From assembly GCF_001194135.2 (NCBI RefSeq), contig NC_068990.1:1474661-1511744 (forward strand): a stretch of 37,084 nt of DNA. Direction: 5' to 3'. Below are positions 1-8,849 of the stretch, in pieces; the stretch's first letter is position 1; the number at the start of each line of letters is the position of its first letter. This DNA comes from Octopus bimaculoides. Lineage: Eukaryota. The notes beneath the pieces were generated by a model that worked only from the letters and a program-made list of their open reading frames with translations, ran no database searches and was not told the origin of the DNA. The translations under genes and the position numbers were made by a program.

Positions 1-116
1 TATATATACATGCATATATATATGTGTATGTGTATACATACATATATATATATATATATATTACACATACACACACACACACACACAAACACAAACACAT
101 ATATCTGTATGTATGT
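1..116. repeat. (TA)n/(CA)n compound microsatellite
   Basis: Directly visible TA and CA runs; similar tracts recur throughout and flank most N-gaps. Confidence 0.95.
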
Positions 117-466
117 GTCTGTCTGTAAAAATCTGATTTCGTTTTGATAACTAAAACCAATATTTTTGTAAAATTGCAATGAATAGAATCAATTGCTTGC
201 ATTTCTTTTTTTTTCTTATACTCACAGTTACCTGCAAAGGTAGGTAATTAGTTCTATTGATTTTTGAAGAAAGTAACATGTTTCTAGTTTAATAGAACTT
301 ATCTAGGTTTGAACTTCCTTCCTTCTTGGTTATGGTTTCGAATTTCACTTAGGTTGGATTTCCTTTATATTCTTCTGCGGGTACCAAGAAAATCAGACCC
401 AGTTAATTGCATATAAGGAAGAAATATGCATAGCTTGGTGCAGTACAGCTATATGTAACTAACTAA

Positions 467-791
467 CTGGTACCCCATCCATTACAATAATGAAGGTTCC
501 AGTTGATCCAATCAATGGGACAGCCTGCTCTTGAAATTAATGTGCAAGTGGCTGAGCACTCCACAGACATGTGTACCTTTAACATAGTTCTCAGAGAGAT
601 TCAGCATGACACAGAGTCAGACAAGGCTGGCCCTTTGAATTACAGGTACTACTCATTTTTGCTAGGTGAGTGGATTGGGCCAATATGAAATAAAGTGTCT
701 TGCTCAAGGACAAAATGCATCTGCAGGAATTGAACTTACAACCTTACAATCATGAGCCAATTACCCGAACCACTAAGCCACATGACTTCAC
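467..791 (-). mobile_element. tRNA-derived SINE, family 'B' of this window, near full length
   Basis: Reverse complement aligns to 17745-17991 plus 18413-18482; degenerate A-box (TGGCTTAGTGG) and B-box (GTTCAATTCC) at the head. Confidence 0.85.
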
Positions 792-1002
792 TTTGGTTAA
801 ATGAATGTATTATATGACCAAATAGTTTAGGAGTTTATTTTATAATGATGAGCTCCTAGATCCAATACCAGTGTATGTCATTTGCTACAACTTTGGATCA
901 AGCCATGCATTGTGAGTGAAACTGGGTAGTCATGGATGGATTGTACTCGTGATTCAAAGGTCCACTTTGTCACACAATGTGTCATGCTTTCTCATTGAAA
1001 AT

Positions 1003-1074
1003 AACATGGTAGTATAGTGGTAAGATGCCTCACCTGTCACAGGGGAGACCAGGGCTCAATTCCTTGATGATCAA
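1003..1074 (+). pseudogene. Degenerate tRNA-Asp(GTC)-like sequence
   Basis: AGTATAGTGGT (D arm), CCTGTCAC with anticodon GTC at 1036-1038, GGGAGACC and GCTCAATTCC (T arm) match eukaryotic tRNA-Asp; acceptor stem does not pair. Confidence 0.7.
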
Positions 1075-1093
1075 ACAATATATAGTTTATATA

Positions 1094-1254
1094 GGTGCAA
1101 GTATGGCTGTGTGGAAAGAAGCTAGCTTCCCAACCACATGGTTTCAATTTCAGTCCTAATGAGTGGCACCCTGGCCAAGAATCTTCTACTATAGGCCCCA
1201 GGTGGATCAAAGCCTTGTGAGTTTATTTTTTGTTGATGGAAACTGAAAGAAGCC
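1094..1254 (+). mobile_element. tRNA-derived SINE, family 'A'
   Basis: TGGCTGTGTGG A-box, then TCTTCTACTATAG...GGAAACTGAAAGAAGCC body shared with 1269-1426, 26772-26932 and 33176-33334. Confidence 0.85.
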
Positions 1255-1268
1255 ATTTTGTATATATA

Positions 1269-1426
1269 GGCACAGGCATTTCTATGTGGTAAGAGGCTTG
1301 CTTCCCAGCCACATGGTTCTAGGTTCAGTCCCACTGCATGGCACTTTGGGCAAGTGTCTTCTACTATAGCCTTGTGCCGACCAAAGCCTTGTGGGTGGAT
1401 TTGGTAGACAGAAACTAAAAGAAGCC
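1269..1426 (+). mobile_element. tRNA-derived SINE family 'A', tandem to the previous copy
   Basis: GGTTCAGTCCCACTGCATGGCACTTTGGGCAAGTGTCTTCTACTATAGCC...GAAGCC followed by a TA tail. Confidence 0.85.
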
Positions 1427-1928
1427 TGTTGTGTGTATATATATATATATATATNNNNNNNNNNNNNNNNNNNNNNNNNNNNNNNNNNNNNNNNNNNNNN
1501 NNNNNNNNNNNNNNNNNNNNNNNNNNNNNNNNNNNNNNNNNNNNNNNNNNNNNNNNNNNNNNNNNNNNNNNNNNNNNNNNNNNNNNNNNNNNNNNNNNNN
1601 NNNNNNNNNNNNNNNNNNNNNNNNNNNNNNNNNNNNNNNNNNNNNNNNNNNNNNNNNNNNNNNNNNNNNNNNNNNNNNNNNNNNNNNNNNNNNNNNNNNN
1701 NNNNNNNNNNNNNNNNNNNNNNNNNNNNNNNNNNNNNNNNNNNNNNNNNNNNNNNNNNNNNNNNNNNNNNNNNNNNNNNNNNNNNNNNNNNNNNNNNNNN
1801 NNNNNNNNNNNNNNNNNNNNNNNNNNNNNNNNNNNNNNNNNNNNNNNNNNNNNNNNNNNNNNNNNNNNNNNNNNNNNNNNNNNNNNNNNNNNNNNNNNNN
1901 NNNNNNNNNNNNNNNNNNNNNNNNNNNN

Positions 1929-1997
<69 letters not shown>

Positions 1998-2104
1998 ATC
2001 TTTATGTCTGTGTTTGTCCACTACAGTCACTTGACAACCAGACTGACCTGGGACAAGCTATTTCATTGAGCGAAAACGATTGTCATCTGTCTTGGGAAAA
2101 TATT

Positions 2105-2280
2105 GGTGGGAGCCCAGTATCCTATGTGGTTACTTAATCAGCTAGAAACAGCAGCAACATCTCCCTCATACTATAACATACTGTTTAAAAATTAGCATGA
2201 TCGTTTGTGACAGGGTGGTTCTAGACATACAGAAAGCTGGGATGCTTAGTACTGGAATGGATCTGATCAGATATTGGTCT
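2105..2280 (+). mobile_element. Dispersed repeat family 'E', degenerate
   Basis: CTAGAAACAGCAGCAACATCTCCCTCA is the reverse complement of the core seen at 2420-2460, 12655-12690, 14500-14530 and 15990-16025. Confidence 0.5.
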
Positions 2281-2289
2281 TGTTGTTGC

Positions 2290-2495
2290 TGTTTAGTCCC
2301 TGGTCAACTTTGATTAAGCAGAACTATGATGAAAGACCTTCCAACATGACCTTCTAGTCTTTTTTTTTTATATGCAGAAGACTCAGAGCCACATCCACTG
2401 TATCTGTTTTTGCAATTGTAGGGTGTGATTTGAGGGAGATTTGAAGGCTATTTCTAGTAAGTTAAATGAATACCAAGAGACTCTTTCATTGGCTC
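2290..2495 (-). mobile_element. Dispersed repeat family 'E'
   Basis: Core GGGTGTGATTTGAGGGAGATTTG..GCTATTTCTAG; inverted relative to 2105-2280. Confidence 0.6.
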
Positions 2496-2814
2496 ATTGA
2501 TTGGAGTCTTGCTTAATTAGGACTGGCATGACCTTAAACAACAACAGTATTAACTTGTAAAGTAGAGAGTTATGTCTACAGAATGGCACAATTTGGACTT
2601 CCAAAGCATTTGACAACGTAACACAATCTCCTTCAGTATCTCTAAAGGTTTGTGGTTTTGTGCTGAAATTAGAAAATTGATTTATTTCCACATGTATCTA
2701 ACTGGTTATATCAAGGTTTCTATAATATTTCCATATAGTTTCAGCTAGCAGAGAGATATATATTATTTATAAAAATAAGCACATTTGTTACAATTCTGAA
2801 GGAACAAGAAGCTA

Positions 2815-3075
2815 TATTATTACATTAGATATGTAATGTTGAATTTCATGAAAGAATAATCCTAAAAGAAAGAGAGAGAAAGAGAGTGGAAAAGTGAAAG
2901 AATGAGAGAGACAGAGATAGAGGTAGAGAGAGAAAGAGAGAGAGAATAAAAGAGAGAATGAAAGTGACAGAGAGTGAGATGAGGAAATAGCCAAGCTTTA
3001 AAAGCAGAAGTTAATATATACTAGAAAAGCAACCAGGTATACTGGTACAGATATGCAACATATGTGCTACGACGC
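2815..3075. repeat. Local low-copy duplication, copy 1 of 3 (others at 3263-3292 and 4932-5075), interrupted by a (GA)n expansion
   Basis: CATTAGATATGTAATGTTGAAT is identical at 2823 and 3271; 29/32 match to 4932-4963; downstream GCTTTAAAAGCA.AAG.TAAT is shared with the 4990-5010 region. Confidence 0.85.
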
Positions 3076-3472
3076 TTTCAAAAATTTGTAACTTTCTGCT
3101 CAAGTTAGAAAATGAAATAAATTTCATTTGCTTGTGAATCTAACTGCTTATTTGTATCAAGAAATCTGTAATAGTTCTGCATAGTCTCGAAAAGTTTAAA
3201 GACTTGTTATTTATTAAATAATCTTGTTTGTTATAATTCCAAAAGAACAATATAACCTGTAATATTATTGCATTAGATATGTAATGTTGAATCCCAGTCT
3301 GCTATGAAAATTTTCTGTCATTCACCTAGTTTTTCTAGTACCAAACAATTCTTTGTGCACAGATACATTTGAAAATGGTGAGCCACTTGTCATATATTTG
3401 GTCTTCTCATTATTTATATGTGGGCCAATGTATGTGAATGCCCTATAGCATGACCACTACCACCACCACCAT

Positions 3473-3473
<1 letters not shown>

Positions 3474-3523
<50 letters not shown>

Positions 3524-3582
3524 GTCATCATCATCATCATCATCGTCATCATCATCATCATCATCATCGTCATCATCATCAT
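3474..3582. repeat. (CAT)n trinucleotide microsatellite
   Basis: Direct. Confidence 0.97.
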
Positions 3583-3795
3583 TTCAATTTCTACTTTCCC
3601 ATGCTTGCATTGACTGAACAGATTTTATTGAAGCAGATTTTCTTAGGTTGATGCCCTTACTGTTGCTAACCCTTACCTGTTTCCAAGCAAGATAATATTT
3701 CCCCATGACCAGACATGTTTTTACTGAATTCTAAGAAATGAATGATATTGCTTGTATGACAGTGACACAGCTATCACATGTTGTTAAGACAAGAA
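3583..3795. mobile_element. Dispersed repeat family 'F' (SINE/LINE-tail-like), attached to a (CAT)n tract
   Basis: Aligns to 25820-25990 (GATGCCCTT..CCCTTACCTGTTTCCAAGCAAGATAATATTTCCCCAT..CCAGACATGTTTT). Confidence 0.6.
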
Positions 3796-3832
3796 GATGC
3801 AAACATACACACACTCCCACATGCATTTATGT

Positions 3833-4165
3833 AAAGACCTCCTTCAGTCATGAGTGACCCTGGGATTGCACCTAGAAAGTTGCCCTCCAAAGCACAAGTC
3901 TGGGCAAAGTTGTTTTATGCAAGACCAGCAGTCACCCATGCATATCAGCCTCTCCCCTCTCCACTCCACCGATGTTATCCAAGGGAAAGGCAAAGGAGCC
4001 GATATAGCTTGGCACCAGTGACGTTGCAACTCATTTCTACAGCTGAGTGAACTGGAGCCGCGTGAAATAAAGTGTCTTGCTCAAGAACACAACACAGAAC
4101 CTGGTCTGGGAATCGAACTCACTACCACATGATTGTGTGCTCAATGCTCTAACCACTGAGCCATG
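3833..4165 (-). mobile_element. tRNA-derived SINE, family 'B' head with a different 3' body
   Basis: GTGAAATAAAGTGTCTTGCTCAAG and AACCACTGAGCCA shared with 467-791; 3' body also found on the + strand at 6722-6860. Confidence 0.8.
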
Positions 4166-6688
4166 TATATATGTATACACACTCATATGCATATACAGCA
4201 TATTTCTTTCTGTTTCTTCCTGCCTTGTTATTTGAAGGAAATTTGACTGGTTTTTCTTGCAGGTCAAATGACCATGCAGTCATCATGATTCTCAATTATT
4301 ATAACATCCTGGCACACAGGTGATCAAACAAAATGTATTATTGCTGTGCTTTTCAGAAAAAAAAAATAAAGTAATATGAAATATGAAACCTACTGCATCC
4401 CTTCTTTGATTTATCATACTTGTGTGTAGCAAATTTATAAGTAATATGGGTTTTTTCAAGACACTTAAGCATTAGTATGGATTTTCTAAAACCTTAAATG
4501 ATATTTTAAAAATTACATAGTGTATCAAGATATCTCTTGTGGTGCACAAGTACCTGGACACACTGTCTGAGAACCATTTCAGTAGAAGATTCCATGTTGA
4601 TTCTACTGGCTGTCAAAACAGAGGAGAATAAAGAGAACTTAGTCAGAGGACAACATTTGCTGCCCCTCTATATGTAACATAATTTTACAGGCAGAAGTAA
4701 TGCAAGTATAGTAGCTAAGATAGAAAGATAAAATAGCCAGAAGAACACGTTCTTGTCTATGGGCAACAATGTGTTTCTAATCTGCATGTAAGATGCCATA
4801 TATACATGAAGCATGTAGACATATATGAGGCATGCAGAAGAAGCATGATGCTGCAGGGCAAGGCAATGATGCTATAGCATTAAATACAGAAGATTTGCAA
4901 AGGCTGGGGAGAAATGAATTGTATACAATTCCATGAGATATGTAATGTTAAATTTCATGGAAGGCTAATTCTGAGATGGAAATGTAGCTAGGCTTTAAAA
5001 GCAAAAGCTAATAGGTGCTGGAGAGACAGCAATTCTGTTATAGATATATAGTGAGTATATGGTGTTAACCTTTCAGTAAGCCTTATTTCTTTCTATTGTG
5101 CACATTATGACATTTTATAAAGTCACAAAAATGTCATAATTTTTCATGTGTTATAAAATGGAATCCCTTTACAAATAGATACACTACTTTCATATTGAAA
5201 TCTTTTCTAATTTTTGCTTGCGTAAGTCCAACAGACACATGAATAAACAAGTTAAACAGCTTGTTGTAATCTCTTGATCATAAGGAATTGATTCAGGAAG
5301 CAGTTTTAAAATAATAATTCAGCAAGTATGAAGCTAACATGACAGCTGTGATGTAAAGACAGTCACTGCTTCTATTTCACAATTAGCCAAGTTTATTACA
5401 AAGCAAACTGCATGCAGCAAATCAATATCTTTCTCTAAGTGTTTGGACGTTCATAAACATGTACTTAAAATGCATTCATTTTACTCACAAAGATAGGATT
5501 GGTGAAATCACAAGAAAGATAAAGACATGCAGTGCTCAGTGGTCAAGTACATTAAAATGTCTGCAGACGTAGAGGGCATTATCTTCTAACATATATCATA
5601 TAAATGCATTTCGAGCTTTATTGAATATAAAAGATGGATGGGATATCCATTGGTTTCGAGAAGCAGAATGCTTTCTGAATACAGATAATGATACATTTCA
5701 GCTGGTGTCTGCTAAGAAATATCTAAATATTTTAAATCATCTTTTATTCATGTCTCCTTATCAGATGGCTACACAAATTAATCACCTTTTAATGGATTTC
5801 TCTATTCTTGGATATGAAACATAAAGCTTTTATATATGTAGAATTGGATGCAAGAATGGATGGCTGTGGAGTTAACAAGCTCACTTTGTAACTGTGGGAT
5901 TCCTTGTGCTTGATTTTGTAGTGTGGCACTTTGGACAAGTATCTTCTGTTGTAAGCCACAAATACTTGCTGGTATTTACTGCTTGTGTCCATCTATAGCC
6001 TGAATTGTATCGCATTGGAGGCTGGCTTTGTGTTTCATTTCTACAGTTTAAACAACTTAAACAACTTTTACTATAGTTGCTGTCACTGTTCAGTCTCAAG
6101 TCAGTCACAATCAAGCAGACCTGCCATGAAAAGCATTCCAGATTTGGCTATCCTTCTGTTTCTTTTCCTTCCAGCACACTAAACACATCTAGGAATACAA
6201 TATTCAGTTTCTTCTATGTTTTGTAAAATAGTGGGATGGGATTTTTAACTGACTGAGTTGCCACCACACATGCTTTAAACCATCTACAGACAGGAGTCAG
6301 CTCACTTTTCCTTTACATGTATTTTCCCTCCCATGACGGCAATGCCTTAACTTTGTTTAGTATAACTGACAAAAAGATCATTAGATTACAAACAAAACAG
6401 GAAAAGGGTTGTTCGCTTGAAATCTTCTGATTTCTATCTCTCTTAATCTTTCTTCCCCTCTTGATCTTAACTCCACTCTCCAATGATATGCTGCATTTTC
6501 TAACTGGAACCTAAACTTTTCAAAAATCTTGATGAGCTCTAGGCATCAATTGATCCACAAGTATGGAACTAAGTTGTATTCTTTTCCACATTGCATAAAA
6601 TTGTCAATCTTTATCAGGAATTTCACATGAGCATCTTCTTAATCACAAATTTGCCTTTTGTTTTTCTACCTTTTTTTAGAACAGGCTT

Positions 6689-6860
6689 GTGATGTCATTG
6701 TGATGTCATTGTGATGTCATTGGTGCCAAGCTGTATTGGTCTTTGCCTTTCTCTTGGACAACATCGATGACATGGCATGCATGGGAAATGGCTGGTCTTC
6801 CACAAACAGCCTTGCTTAGATTTGTACCCCGAAGGTCATATGTGACTGAAGGAGATCTTC
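6689..6860 (+). mobile_element. SINE 3' fragment preceded by three copies of an 11-bp unit (GTGATGTCATT)
   Basis: Units at 6689, 6700 and 6711; GGTGCCAAGCTGTATTGGTCTTTGCCTTT is the reverse complement of 3975-4020. Confidence 0.55.
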
Positions 6861-6941
6861 AACTTTACTGAATTTCCACCACAAGTTCCTTAATCCTAAT
6901 TAACTGAATAGTGTTAGCTGTTACACACACACACACACACA

Positions 6942-6989
<48 letters not shown>

Positions 6990-7732
6990 TGTATCACAGT
7001 AGACAACTAATCTACAACTGTAGTGTTTAGCTGAATTTGCATATGTGTACTTTAGCTAACTATGTACATTTTATGCACAACACAGCAAATTTATTTCAAA
7101 AGAACTGAAATGAATTTAAACATGAGGAAGCCATTAGCTGTAATAAAGACCTATACAAGAATGTAAACACATTCTTTCAATGCTTTTGGTGCAGAGAAAA
7201 ACTAAAAGAAATCCATTTTAGTGAAGAAAAATGTGGTATCTAATTCAAGGGAGATGATTTAGTGTATCTGACCACATGAGTCATAACTGCTTCATTTTAT
7301 TTTGCAGTTAAATTGAATTTATTTTTGCTTTTAACCTGTTCTATTCCAGTATCACTTAACACAAGATTTGTGTTCTCATCAACCATCTTTAAAGAATGGC
7401 TGCATTTCTCATTATCTGGTGCAGGGGATTACGGATATATTACCAATAAATGCCAAAAGTAAGAAACCGTAGCTATCAACTGCATTACTGAATAACAAAA
7501 TAATTTACTCTCTACTAATTCAGTGTTGAGTACTCCTTCAATGTGTCATACTAACATTCATACGTGAAATACTATATATATACAATTGCAGTGTGGAAGG
7601 TGTTTATAAGCCATTTAAAAACACACAAAAACTGTTAGATTCCCTTCAACATTTAAATGGAATTTGTTGAAATATTTTATCGCTTTGAGACCATGATCTG
7701 TTCACTGACAAAATTCTGTGCTGCAAGAAAGC

Positions 7733-8590
7733 AGGTTGTGGAGAATATATTGTTATCTAAATTACACAAAAATGAAAATAACACTGACATCTCATTTTAA
7801 CAGATATATCTATCAAAATTACATAAAAATATCTTGAAATTCTAAAGAGTAAATTTATTCAATAAAATCGCCATTGGCTTCAACCACAGCCTCCAGACGA
7901 CTTCAGAATCTTCTGCAACTCTTCTGGACAGTCTCCTTGTTTAAGTTGGTGAATGCTGCAATAATCCTTGCCTTCAGTTCATCTTTGGTGTTACAAAGAG
8001 TTTTGTTGGGCTCTCACTCAACTGCACCCCACACATAATAATCAAGGCGGTTGCAGTCCGAGGGGTTAGGTGGCCAGATGTTGGGGTGATGTGGTTCCAG
8101 ATATTGTCTGACAGCCATGACTGGGTTCTCCTGTTTGTATGGCACGGTGCAGAGTCCTGTTGCCAGACACAAGGTATTCTAGCAGCTACCCTCTTGACCC
8201 AGGGCAGCACTACTCCCACCAGGCACTTGGTGTAGACCTCCATGCTGAGACTGAGGCTGTGTGGGAAGATGAATCGAAGCATAACATCGCCATCACTAGT
8301 GATCACTTGAGACACCATGATGTTGACTGGATGTTTGATATTCATCACTCTCAATACATGTTTTGCAGACACTACAAGTCAACACTTGTTCTGTGTGTTC
8401 ACCATCTGTTTGTATTGGAGCCTCTTGCATGAATGTCGAGCACTACAGCATGTCGATTACAAATTTCTCGCAGAGTGAATTGCGTCATGGTTCTGTTTCT
8501 CTCATAGACGGTGTCCAACTGACCCTACTAGACTGTTTGATCAACAAAATCAAAAACAAACAATGTGCATGTGTGAAATAAAAAATATCA
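7733..8590 (-). mobile_element. Internally deleted DD37D (maT-type Tc1/mariner) non-autonomous element, copy 1
   Basis: Minus-strand peptide VLPWVKRVAARIPCVWQQDSAPCHTNRRTQSWLSDN is homologous to 36660-37073; a frameshift follows NIW. Left boundary approximate. Confidence 0.9.
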
Positions 8591-8849
8591 TGCCCTGGGT
8601 CAAGAGGGTATATATATATATATATATATATATAATGTTGGACCACTGAACTCTATTCCTTCTCTCTATTTACTTCCTCTTGTTCCTTGCTGTTGAAGAG
8701 TGTAGGCTAAAAACATAAAAGATTTTTCCATTTTTCCCGAGCATCACACAAATAGACTTGCTTGTCATTTCTACATGTCTTTTTTTTTTGTTTTACTATA
8801 AATTTGAACTATATACATACATATATATACTTAAAGATACACACACACA

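Noticed and set aside
1003-1074. Functional tRNA-Asp gene
   Set aside because: The acceptor stem is unpaired and T-arm positions are mutated; kept only as a pseudogene.
1122-2137. Long ORFs spanning N-runs (also 13686-15784, 33238-34060, 34623-35399 and others)
   Set aside because: They are open only because N codons contain no stops.
5489-5560. Minus-strand 72-nt exon with GTGAGT donor
   Set aside because: Stops in all three frames.
6129-6182. Signal-peptide-like MKSIPDLAILLFLFLPAH and a strong acceptor at 6174
   Set aside because: Immediate stop; the region resembles a degenerate copy of repeat family 'E'.
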